A stretch of DNA of 64,000 nucleotides. It comes from a bacterium. GTDB taxonomy: Bacteria > UBA8248. The position numbers were made by a program, and so were the translations under genes. Under the pieces are notes generated by a model. It was given only the letters and a program-made list of their open reading frames with translations, made no database searches and was not told where the DNA came from. The stretch spans positions 1,920,001 to 1,984,000 of the forward strand of contig OZ244799.1 in NCBI GenBank assembly GCA_965219955.1, read 5' to 3'. Shown piece by piece: positions 1 through 9,206 of this stretch. How positions within the stretch are numbered: position 1 is the stretch's first letter; each line of letters opens with the position of its first letter.

Positions 1-2
1 TG

Positions 3-1076
3 TCAGGCGGCCTGTATCCGGGACCACGTCGCCTCGTATAGCCGCGCCACCTCCTCTCCTAGGTAGAGCGCGGGCTCGCACCTCGAAAGCGTCATATCGT
101 CCGGGTATATTACCGGGTTCTCCAGGTAGCTCGCCGGCAGCAGCGCCTTCGCGGCTGCGTTTGGCGTCGCATACCGGATCGTGGCCGCAATTGCCGCCCC
201 GGCCTCGGCCCCCAGGATGAAGTTCAAAAATGCGTGCGCGTTTTCGGGATGCGGCGCGCCGCGGGGTATCGCAAGCGCATCCTCCCACAGGCTCGAACCC
301 TCACGAGGCACGACATAGGATATATCGTCGTCTTTCTCCATCGCCTGAAGGATGTCCCCGTTCCATTCCATTGCGATGTCCACTTCACCGGAAAGCAGCA
401 GTTCCTGGCCGTTGTCCGGCGCGAACTGCTTGATTTGCGGCTTTTGCGCGATAATCATCCTCTCGGCCGCCTTCACGACCTTCGGGTCGCTCGTGTTGAG
501 TGGATGGCCCATGTACTTGAAGGCCGCTCCCAGTACGCTGCTCGCCTCGCTCAAAAGCGCGCAACGCCCCCTGTAGCGCCCCGAATCGAACAGCCAGCGC
601 CAACTGTCGGGGGTTCCGTCGCAACGCGACTTGCGGTAGCCGATCCCCATCGTGCCCCACATGTAGGGGATGGAATGTAGGCGACCGGGATCGAAGGCGG
701 CGTCCCGGAAAGCGTGCTCGATATTCACCATATTGGGGATGGCTTCGTGGTCGAGGGGCGTGAGCATATCGGCCGCGACCATCCGCTCCACGAAATCGTT
801 CGAAGGCGCGATCACGTCGTAGCCGGGATTGCCCGCTTTCAGTTTTGCGAACAACTCCTCATTGTCGGAATAAATGTCCATTCGCACCGATACGCCGGTC
901 TTGGCCTTGAAGTCCGAAAGGGTGGTCTTGCCGACATAGGAGTCCCAATTATAGAAGTTGAGCCTGGGCTCCTCTCTCGCGAATCCGTCGCTCGGCAAAA
1001 GAGAGACCGCAGCCGCCATGCCCATCCCCGCCATGAAGCGGCGCCGCGTCAGCCTGCACATCGAACCCGTTAGCAT
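3..1076 (-). CDS. potD: Spermidine/putrescine ABC transporter substrate-binding protein (PotD/PotF family), Tat-exported
   Basis: Twin-arginine leader LTRRRFM; motifs LNFYNWDSY, DNEELFAKLKAGNPGYDVIAPS, PYMWGTMGIGYR, VPREGSSLWEDALAIP, AHAFLNF. Confidence 0.88.
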   Translation of the reverse strand: MLTGSMCRLTRRRFMAGMGMAAAVSLLPSDGFAREEPRLNFYNWDSYVGKTTLSDFKAKTGVSVRMDIYSDNEELFAKLKAGNPGYDVIAPSNDFVERMVAADMLTPLDHEAIPNMVNIEHAFRDAAFDPGRLHSIPYMWGTMGIGYRKSRCDGTPDSWRWLFDSGRYRGRCALLSEASSVLGAAFKYMGHPLNTSDPKVVKAAERMIIAQKPQIKQFAPDNGQELLLSGEVDIAMEWNGDILQAMEKDDDISYVVPREGSSLWEDALAIPRGAPHPENAHAFLNFILGAEAGAAIAATIRYATPNAAAKALLPASYLENPVIYPDDMTLSRCEPALYLGEEVARLYEATWSRIQAA

Positions 1077-1899
1077 GGCGAACTCCTCTTTTCGTTATAG
1101 TCGTTCAGGTCACGTAGAGCATGACGAAACCCTCAACCTTGCAAAGAATCCGTGGCAAGACTGCACTTGCTGATTTATGACAGCAGAACGCCTGCAGCGC
1201 AAGTTTCTGTAGATGCAGGATATTGGGATACATCTCTTTCGGCAGAAGATTTTCCATGTGGGGGTTTCTTCACAGAGAACCGCTCGTCACTGGAGTTTCC
1301 GCATGCCTTAAAAATGCTGTAATCAGACGCGGCCTTCGAGAGGGCGACCAGCGTGGCGCAAGCAGTTACGACGTAGAAGTGAACCTGTTCCATGGACAAT
1401 CTCCTGAGCGGGAAACTGTATCACTTTGCCCCAGCGTGATGTTGCCGGGATACACAGGGTTATTCTTTTGTCCGCTTTGGATTCGGTTACATTTGAACAA
1501 GACAAATCCTGAGCGAAATACGAGAAAAGCAAATATCTGCTAAGGTTTCAATAAGCTACGAAGTGTTTCACGGCAGTTAGCCATGCACTGGTGTCTCATA
1601 CGGATGATTTCCTCTTTTTCCGGCTATCACCGCCTGAACATTCGACTCGACCATTACTCGTTGCGGTACGGGGAGTGTTCAGAAAGAGTTTGCGCCTCTC
1701 GCACGATCACAACTTAACCGGCAAGATGCCCGTCAACGCATTTCCAGCGTGTCGTTACAATTGTTTTCGTCTTTTTCAAGGGCTATGATGGGATGTTGCA
1801 ACGACTTCAATTCAGGGCAAAAATGTCAATCTTTGCGAGGCTGTCAATCCTTGTAGTCGATCACGGATACTTGGTTAATCTTGGAACCAGGCCAACGTC

Positions 1900-3078
1900 A
1901 TGTTGACTTTTGTCGAGGAGCTTCTCCTGCTGACGGCCGATGAAGACGGCGAGTTGGTTCCGATGCAGGATGACCGATACGAATGCGCCATGGCAGGCGC
2001 CGCGCTGATGGACTTGGCTTTCGCCAACAGGATCGACACCGACCTGCAAATGCTCGTGGTCAGCGACCACACGCCGACCGGCGATTCCATGCTCGACCGT
2101 ATCCTGGCGAAGATTGCGGACCGCAAGCAGGCCGTGGATACGCGGAGGTGGATCAAGGATTTATCCGAAGACGAAGCACTCACGATACAGGAGTCGACGC
2201 TTAACGGCCTTGTCGAGCGCGGCATCCTGAAACACCAGGAGAAAAGATTCCCGTGGACCTCCCGCTCCCGGCGCTGCTTGATGGTTGACGGCAAGGCCCG
2301 GAACGAGGTCAGTCTGCGTATCGAGAATGTGCTGATTTCCGAGGCTATCCCCGATCCCCGGGACATCGCCCTGATCTCTTTGTTGGATGCGTGCGATATC
2401 CTCCCGGATATCTTTCCCGGCGGCTGGATGGAACGATGCCGCCCCCGGCTCGAGCAGCTTCGCAAAATGGACTTGATCGGCCGTGAGGTAGCCGGCGCGA
2501 TCGCCGATGTCGATCGAACGATCATTCTCGCTCTACGAGCCCGGTCGACACGTTTCCGAAAGTTGCTGCTGGCCCTCTCCGCCATGGGCGCTCTGGCTAC
2601 GGCGGCGACGTTGCTGTCTCCCCGCGTCCCCGTACCGGACCGGTTCGGCCCCACGTTCCTTGAGCTTCTCTGGTTCGACGGTCTGTGGCAGCAGTGGAGC
2701 GGCTATGCGCTTCTCGGATTGAGCGGGGCGGGATTCATGGCGGCGGCGCTCAGGAAATGGCGGCCTGCGGCGCGATTGGGCGGCTCCAATTGGTGGCGGC
2801 TCGCCCACCTCGTGATCGGTATCTGCTGCGTGCTCGTCTTGTTCGTCCATACCGGCTTCCGGATAGGCGCGAATATGAACGCGGCGCTCATGATCTGCTA
2901 TCTGGCCATGCTGATGTCCGGCGCGTTGGCCGGAATCTCGATCAACGGAGCGTCTCAGCTCCGTAGAATCGGGGTTTCCCCGAAACCGCTCTACTTTCTG
3001 ATGAAACTCCACGTCATCGCGCTATATCCACTGCCTGCTCTGCTGATCATCCACATCCTCATCGTCTATATGTACTGA
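1900..3078 (+). CDS. Fusion of N-terminal GPP34/GOLPH3(Vps74)-family domain and C-terminal multi-TM His-containing (cytochrome b-like) membrane domain
   Basis: N-term MLTFVEELLLL...AGAALMDLAFANRID...PTGDSMLDRILAKI...LVERGIL...PDPRDIALISLLDAC typical of GPP34; C-term ~5 hydrophobic helices with WRLAH, LFVHTG, KLHV, IIHIL. Confidence 0.75.
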   Translation: MLTFVEELLLLTADEDGELVPMQDDRYECAMAGAALMDLAFANRIDTDLQMLVVSDHTPTGDSMLDRILAKIADRKQAVDTRRWIKDLSEDEALTIQESTLNGLVERGILKHQEKRFPWTSRSRRCLMVDGKARNEVSLRIENVLISEAIPDPRDIALISLLDACDILPDIFPGGWMERCRPRLEQLRKMDLIGREVAGAIADVDRTIILALRARSTRFRKLLLALSAMGALATAATLLSPRVPVPDRFGPTFLELLWFDGLWQQWSGYALLGLSGAGFMAAALRKWRPAARLGGSNWWRLAHLVIGICCVLVLFVHTGFRIGANMNAALMICYLAMLMSGALAGISINGASQLRRIGVSPKPLYFLMKLHVIALYPLPALLIIHILIVYMY

Positions 3079-3089
3079 GAGAACTGCGC

Positions 3090-4580
3090 GTGTCACGGAA
3101 GGCGATTTTCTGGATTCTATGCACAACCGGAACCCTCCTCGCCGTAGCCGTCACGGCGGTGTGGATGTTTTTTGGTGGTGATCGCGGAACGCTGGTGATC
3201 GGCAAAGGCACCGATGCCCACCACCAGATAATGACGACCTGCGAGACCTGTCACGCCGCGCCGGTTTTCGCTGATGCGGCTGCGGCGGAAAGGGCGCTTA
3301 ACAAGACTTGCCGGAACTGCCACGAAGAAGAACTGAAGGCCGCCGGTGACAGCCATTCGCGCAAGAAGTTTCGCGGTCCAAGAATGGCCGCATACTGGGA
3401 AAGACTCGATGCGCGTCGCTGTACAGCCTGCCATATAGAGCACCGTCCCGAGATCACGCGCGCAGGGGCCGTCACCGTCGCGATGGATTTCTGCGTGGCT
3501 TGTCATTCAGAAGGCGATCAGGACGTGCGGAAGGTTCGCCCGAGCCACGCGGGGCTGACCTTTAACACATGTGCGTCGGGGGGCTGTCATAATTACCATG
3601 ACAATCGCGCCCTATATGAGGATTTCCTGGTCAGGCACGCCACTCAGCCCCGGGTTGCGCCCTTACCGGTGCACAGTTTGAGTGCGCGTTACCGAACTCG
3701 GCAACTACCAGAGAAGACGGCGCTCAGAAGGAGAGACGCCATAGCTCCCGAGAGCGCGCTCGCCGAACAGGCGGTGTTGAACCAATGGGCCAGCTCCGGT
3801 CACGCGGCAGGGGGGGTGAACTGCGCCGGTTGCCACGCGCCTGATGTCGCGCAAGGTTCTCCTCGCGCCGAAGTAGAGGCCCGCTGGGTCGACGCGCCGC
3901 GCATGAGGGTTTGCGAAGGTTGCCACAAGATGCAAGCGAGAACATTTGCACGGGGAAGGCACGGCATGCGCGGACACCCATTGATCGCGCCTCCCCGCGA
4001 CCCGGGCCGCCGGCTCGAAGCGATGGGGCTCGGCGGCATCCTGCCGGAGGGAATCGCGGCCCGGTTCGCGGACCCGGCCCCTCCGGCTTTCATGACCGTC
4101 GCCGAGTCGCGTCTGCCGATGCGGGCCGACGCCGTCAGTGGAACGCTCAATTGCGGAACGTGTCACCGGCCCCATGCGGTGGACATCAAGCGGGCCGCGG
4201 TCCAAGCTTGCGCATCCTGCCACGATGACACCCACACCAGAGCCTACTTCGAAAGCACCCACTACGGGTTGTGGCAAGCCGAGCTTGCCGGTGAAGCGCC
4301 GCCGGGCGGTGGCGTCAGCTGTGCGACCTGTCATCTGGTCAAGATCGAACGTCGCGGGAAGATCATGACCAATCACAACCAGAATGACAATCTGCGACCG
4401 AACGAGAAGATGATCCGGTCCGTATGCCTGGATTGTCATGGCCTGGGTTTTGCGCTCGACTCGCTTGCGGACACGGGGCTCGTGGCCCGAAACTTCAGGG
4501 GGAAGCCCGCGGTTCATGTCAGAAGCATCGAATGGGCTAAGCGGCGCGCAGCGGCAACTGGGTGGAACAAAGGACGTTGA
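3090..4580 (+). CDS. Membrane-anchored multiheme cytochrome c (10 CxxCH + 1 CX4CH)
   Basis: N-terminal TM helix; CETCH, CRNCH, CTACH, CVACH, CAGCH, CEGCH, CGTCH, CASCH, CATCH, CLDCH plus CASGGCH. Confidence 0.9.
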   Translation: MSRKAIFWILCTTGTLLAVAVTAVWMFFGGDRGTLVIGKGTDAHHQIMTTCETCHAAPVFADAAAAERALNKTCRNCHEEELKAAGDSHSRKKFRGPRMAAYWERLDARRCTACHIEHRPEITRAGAVTVAMDFCVACHSEGDQDVRKVRPSHAGLTFNTCASGGCHNYHDNRALYEDFLVRHATQPRVAPLPVHSLSARYRTRQLPEKTALRRRDAIAPESALAEQAVLNQWASSGHAAGGVNCAGCHAPDVAQGSPRAEVEARWVDAPRMRVCEGCHKMQARTFARGRHGMRGHPLIAPPRDPGRRLEAMGLGGILPEGIAARFADPAPPAFMTVAESRLPMRADAVSGTLNCGTCHRPHAVDIKRAAVQACASCHDDTHTRAYFESTHYGLWQAELAGEAPPGGGVSCATCHLVKIERRGKIMTNHNQNDNLRPNEKMIRSVCLDCHGLGFALDSLADTGLVARNFRGKPAVHVRSIEWAKRRAAATGWNKGR

Positions 4581-4637
4581 CCAACTGCCACGCATCGTTC
4601 AAAATCCGGGAAGACAAACAGGGAGGATCAGATTGCC

Positions 4638-5258
4638 ATGCGTCTAGGCACACGCAAGCTGGTCGGACTCGCACTCGGCGCGGCGATTTTAATGGCGGCG
4701 GGTGTTGCGGCCGAGGGGATACCGCACCGCCGGGTAGCCGATATGCTGCATCTCGTAGTGTCCTCGGATCGGGCGGTGTATACGCGCAAGGTGGTCCAGC
4801 GTCTTACGAGAGACAAGAAGATCATCACCGCATCGGAGCATTTCGAAGACGATTCGGCATTGCCTCTGCCGGCGCAGATGTTCCGTTTCGGCGCGGAATT
4901 AGTTACCGACAAGACCGAGGACTTCTCGTATTCGCTACTCTCGTTACATCCGATCAACAAGAAAAACGGCCCGGGAACGAATATGGAGAGGAAAGGCCTC
5001 GAATATGTCGAAAATAATCCGGGAAAGAATTACTACGGTGAGGAGAAACTCGGCGGCCGACGCTACTTCACCGCCGTCTACCCCGACTATGCCGTGGCCG
5101 AAGCCTGCGTGAATTGCCACAACAGCCACAAGGACTCTCCCCGCGCCGATGCCACGGTCGGCGACGTGATGGGCGGCGTCGTCATTCGTATCCCGCTGGA
5201 CTTATGTCGGCGGGTTTCGCCCGTTGTCCGGCGTTGTAACCCGTATGAAAAACGATAG
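4638..5258 (+). CDS. DUF3365/Tll0287-like monoheme c-type periplasmic protein
   Basis: Signal peptide; LPLPAQMFR, SYSLLSLHPIN, single CVNCH followed by GDVMGGVVIRIP. Confidence 0.8.
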   Translation: MRLGTRKLVGLALGAAILMAAGVAAEGIPHRRVADMLHLVVSSDRAVYTRKVVQRLTRDKKIITASEHFEDDSALPLPAQMFRFGAELVTDKTEDFSYSLLSLHPINKKNGPGTNMERKGLEYVENNPGKNYYGEEKLGGRRYFTAVYPDYAVAEACVNCHNSHKDSPRADATVGDVMGGVVIRIPLDLCRRVSPVVRRCNPYEKR

Positions 5259-5716
5259 CCGACACGTTTCCGATGGTATGGACGCGCCCTCCCGGAAACT
5301 TCACACCAGAGGCAAGTGATATGGCTTGCCGCGCTGCAGGGGGTTCTCCAGGAAACAGGTTCACATCCGTATCGGTTTTTGTTTTTTGGCGTCGGATGGA
5401 TTTCGAAACGTCACGGCAGTTCCCCTCCGGACCTCGCTGGTACCCCGCATTCACGTGACGATGAAACCTTTGTCGGTCGTTCGCATTATTCTCCGGAGCA
5501 CGAACAAGGAGTAGACCATGTTGCTTTGGAACGAAGGCGGGCGGGTTGCGATTTCCCGACACCCTGTATTATCCTTTCAGAATGCTCGGAACAGGACACG
5601 GCGGAGCGAGGCCGCTACACAATCAATCTTCATGCAAGCCCAATGTGGCCTTGCGGGGAAACACCGACACTTATTCCGAATCGACCGACACACACAACGA
5701 GAACAGGGGGCCAACC

Positions 5717-6754
5717 ATGAAATCCAGAGTTCTTCTTATCTTCGTTTTGACCATCGCCATAGGAACTGCGGCGCTCGTATCCCTGCCGAGCCGGGCGGAT
5801 GCCGCCTGCAGCGTCCGCATCGGCGACCTGAACTGGGACAGCGCGAACTTTCACGATCAGGTGGCCGCCTTCATCCTGGAGCACGGCTACGGCTGCCGGG
5901 TGCGGCTCATCTACGGCGGCACGCTGCCGATCATGACGGCCCACTACGAAGGCAAGAACGACATTATCATGGAACTTTGGTACGACAACGTGAAGGCGCA
6001 GTACGACCCCGCCATGAAGAGCGGCAAGGTCAAGCAGGTGGGAGTCAACACGCCCGACAGCATACAGGGCTGGTTCATCCCGCGCTTCGTTCAGAAGGCG
6101 AATCCCGGCCTCAAGTCTGTCTTCGACCTGCCCAAGTACAAGCATCTCTTCAAGGACCCCGAAGAGCCCTCCAAGGGCCGGTTCGTGAACTGCATCCCCG
6201 GCTGGTCGTGCGAGGTCATCAACACGGTGAAGCTGCGCGCCTACGGGCTGGAGGAGCATTTCACCAACTTCCGGCCCGGCTCCGGCGGCGCGCTCGCGGC
6301 GGCCATCAAGGGCGCGTATCTCAAGAAAAAGCCGGTGCTCGCCTATTACTGGGCGCCGACGCCGCTCCTGGGACAGCTCGACCTCGTGCAGCTCGAAGAG
6401 CCCAAATGGAACGAGGCCGACTGGAACGTGGTGGTGAAACACATGGACGCGCTCAAGAAGGGCGGAATGGAGGCCTTGGGCAACCCCAAGAAGGCGACCG
6501 CCTACCGGACGGCGGAGCTGCCGAAGTCGGTCACCACGAAGTTCGCGGCCAAGCATCCGAAGATCGTCGCCTTCATCGAGAAATACACGCTGCCATCCAA
6601 AGAAGTCTCGAAGATGCTGGCCTATCTCGAGAGCAAAGCCGGCGGCGACGCCAAAGCCACCGCGATCCATTTCCTGAAGACCAACAAGGTCTGGAAGAAG
6701 TGGGTTCCGGCCGACGTAGCGAAAAAGGTCGAGGCGGCGCTCGAATCGGCTTGA
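5717..6754 (+). CDS. Glycine betaine/proline-type ABC transporter substrate-binding protein (ProX/OpuAC family)
   Basis: Start moved to MKSRVLL (signal peptide, AGGGGG SD upstream); DLNWDSA, MELW, FKDPEEPSKGRF, GWSCE, NFRPGSG, YYWAPT motifs. Confidence 0.88.
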   Translation: MKSRVLLIFVLTIAIGTAALVSLPSRADAACSVRIGDLNWDSANFHDQVAAFILEHGYGCRVRLIYGGTLPIMTAHYEGKNDIIMELWYDNVKAQYDPAMKSGKVKQVGVNTPDSIQGWFIPRFVQKANPGLKSVFDLPKYKHLFKDPEEPSKGRFVNCIPGWSCEVINTVKLRAYGLEEHFTNFRPGSGGALAAAIKGAYLKKKPVLAYYWAPTPLLGQLDLVQLEEPKWNEADWNVVVKHMDALKKGGMEALGNPKKATAYRTAELPKSVTTKFAAKHPKIVAFIEKYTLPSKEVSKMLAYLESKAGGDAKATAIHFLKTNKVWKKWVPADVAKKVEAALESA

Positions 6755-6815
6755 GTTGCGCCCGCGCGATGTTTTTTTCTCGTGAAGCGGCGCCTGGTCC
6801 CGGGGAGGTCCGCCG

Positions 6816-7724
6816 ATGATGAAGTTCTTCCGCGGACTATTCCCCGACTGGGCGGTCGAATGGCCCAAGGGCCTGAACCTGCCGCTGAACAAGTGGACCA
6901 ACGATTTCGTCGAATGGCTGGTCTACGAGTACGGGATCATCTTCGAGACCGCCTCGGACGCCATTCTCGTTCTGCTGGTCGGCCTCGAGCGTTTCCTGCG
7001 CGACCTCCCCTGGCTCGTCGTATTCTTGGGCGTGTGCGCGCTCACCTTCTTCTCCAGCGGGCGCAAATGGGGCCTGACCGCGCTGGTGGCCGCCTGTATG
7101 TTCTTCATCGGCCTCACCGATCCCAGGCTGTGGGATTTGTCGATGATGACCCTTTCGGTCATGCTGGTTTCGACCCTGATCTGCATCGGCCTGGGCGTTC
7201 CGATCGGCATCGCGATATCGAGAAACGACCGGATGCGCGACATGGTGCTGCCCGCGCTCGACCTGATGCAGACGATGCCGAGCTTCGTCTATCTCATTCC
7301 GGCGATCATGCTCTTCGGCCTCGGCGCGGTGCCCGCCGTCTTCGCCACGGTGATCTACGCCATCCCGCCGGTGGTCCGCCTGACCGACCTGGGGATCCGC
7401 CTGGTGGATGAGGACATCGTCGAAGCATCCGACGCCATGGGCGCGAGCCGGAGGCAGAAGCTCCTTCGCGTGCAGATACCGATGGCGCTGCCCAACATCA
7501 TGCAGGGAGTCAACCAGACCACGATGATGGCGCTCGCGATGGTGGTGATCGCCTCGATGATCGGAACCCGGGGGCTCGGCACCGAGGTGCTCATCGGCCT
7601 CCAGCAGCTCAACGTCGGGCGCGCGCTCGAGGCCGGCGTGGCCATCGTGCTGCTCGCCATCGTGATGGACCGCGTCACCCAGGCCTACGGCGGGCGCTTC
7701 ATCCGCACGAGCGGGAGGGTCTGA
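6816..7724 (+). CDS. Betaine/proline ABC transporter permease (ProW family)
   Basis: LDLMQTMPSFVYLIP, PPVVRLTDLGIR, EAA-like EASDAMGAS, GVNQTTMMALAMVVIASMIG. Confidence 0.92.
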   Translation: MMKFFRGLFPDWAVEWPKGLNLPLNKWTNDFVEWLVYEYGIIFETASDAILVLLVGLERFLRDLPWLVVFLGVCALTFFSSGRKWGLTALVAACMFFIGLTDPRLWDLSMMTLSVMLVSTLICIGLGVPIGIAISRNDRMRDMVLPALDLMQTMPSFVYLIPAIMLFGLGAVPAVFATVIYAIPPVVRLTDLGIRLVDEDIVEASDAMGASRRQKLLRVQIPMALPNIMQGVNQTTMMALAMVVIASMIGTRGLGTEVLIGLQQLNVGRALEAGVAIVLLAIVMDRVTQAYGGRFIRTSGRV

Positions 7725-7728
7725 GCCG

Positions 7729-8787
7729 ATGGCGCTGATCGAGGTGCGAAACGTCTACAAGATATTCGGAACGGGACGCGCGCTGGAGGCGGCGCTCGAC
7801 CTGGCCCAGACGGGCGTCGAGAAGAACGACGTGCTGGTCGAGACCGGCTGCACGCTGGGCTTAAAGGACGTGAGCCTCTCCATCGAGCGGGGCGAAACAT
7901 TCGTGGTCATGGGCCTTTCGGGTTCGGGAAAGTCGACTCTGATCCGCCACATCAACCGGCTGATCGACCCGACGACGGGCCGGATCCTCGTCGACGGGCG
8001 GGACGTGCTCGAACTCTCGCCCGAGGAGTTGCTCGCGTTCCGCCGAAGCGCCGTGAGCATGGTCTTTCAGCGCTTCGCGCTCTTCCCGCACATGACGGTA
8101 CTGGAGAACGTGGGCTACGGCCTGGAAGTCCAGGGGACCGAGCACGCCGAGCGGCGCAGGCGCGCGATGCGGTGGATTGAGGACGTGGAGCTCAGCGGTT
8201 ACGAGAACGCCTATCCGGCCCAGCTCTCGGGCGGCATGCAGCAGCGCGTGGGCCTGGCGCGCGCCCTGTGCACGGACCCCGAGATTCTGCTCATGGACGA
8301 GCCCTTCAGCGCCCTGGACCCGTTGATACGCAAGCAGATGCAGGAACATCTCATCACCCTTCAGCGCGACCTCAAGAAGACCATCGTGTTCATCACCCAC
8401 GATCTCGACGAGGCGCTCCATCTGGGCGATCATATCGCCATTCTGAAAGACGGCGTGATCGACCAGACGGGCAAGCCCAACGAGATTCTGCTCCGTCCGG
8501 CCACTGACTATGTGCGTGAGTTCGTGCGCGAAGTGAAGCGCGGGCGCATCCTGAAGACGGGTGACGTCATGTGGCCGCCCGATGCGGCGGCGACCGGCCC
8601 GACCATATCGCGCGACGCCGTGCTGCAGGACGCGCTGCCCGTGTCCATGATGAACGAATCCCCGCTGCGCGTGGTGGACGAGACGGGCGCAGTGGTCGGC
8701 GTGCTCTCTCGAACGGCCCTCCTGCGCGGTCTGACCGATCATGGCAGTAAAAAAACAGAAGCGGTTTCGCTGACGAGCCACATATAA
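7729..8787 (+). CDS. Betaine/proline ABC transporter ATP-binding protein (ProV family)
   Basis: Walker [50 protein letters not shown]. Confidence 0.93.
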   Translation: MALIEVRNVYKIFGTGRALEAALDLAQTGVEKNDVLVETGCTLGLKDVSLSIERGETFVVMGLSGSGKSTLIRHINRLIDPTTGRILVDGRDVLELSPEELLAFRRSAVSMVFQRFALFPHMTVLENVGYGLEVQGTEHAERRRRAMRWIEDVELSGYENAYPAQLSGGMQQRVGLARALCTDPEILLMDEPFSALDPLIRKQMQEHLITLQRDLKKTIVFITHDLDEALHLGDHIAILKDGVIDQTGKPNEILLRPATDYVREFVREVKRGRILKTGDVMWPPDAAATGPTISRDAVLQDALPVSMMNESPLRVVDETGAVVGVLSRTALLRGLTDHGSKKTEAVSLTSHI

Positions 8788-8918
8788 ACGCTCCCTGTAT
8801 TGGCACCCATTTCCCTGATTGGTTTGTCTCGTAATTCCGGCAATCATCGGAATGCCGGTATTCAATAAAAATTTTCAGGGGCCGCTTGAGAGCGACCAAC
8901 GTTCGCGAACGGCCCCGT

Positions 8919-9010
8919 CGATCCATTTCCTGAACACGAACGGGGTCTAGGAGGAAGTGGCTTCCGGCCGACGTAGCGAAAAAGGTCGGGGTGACGGCTC
9001 AAATCGGCGT
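8919..9010 (+). repeat. Degenerate duplicate of the 3' end of the betaine SBP gene (6663-6752)
   Basis: cgatccatttcctgaa...ttccggccgacgtagcgaaaaaggtcg...aatcggc present at both positions with indels and substitutions. Confidence 0.8.
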
Positions 9011-9206
9011 CGTTCGCGCCAGATGAACGAACGAGAGGGCGCTGCGAACCTTGCTGACGAGAGGCTGTTTTTCGCCATGATGAAGGCGATGCGGAAACCG
9101 GAAGGAACTCGCAACTGGGAGCAACCTTTTTGCCGGTTGGCGCCGACGCGCCGAACGACGCGGCTCTCCTGGCCCGAGCGGCCCTACAGCCCTCCGTAAT
9201 GAAATC

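Noticed and set aside
1175-1543. Short ORFs upstream of potD, and 5182-5720 ORFs
   Set aside because: No recognisable products; treated as intergenic apart from the shared element reported
3090-4580. Calling the multiheme protein NrfA or hydroxylamine oxidoreductase
   Set aside because: No CxxCK active-site motif, and heme count/spacing do not match
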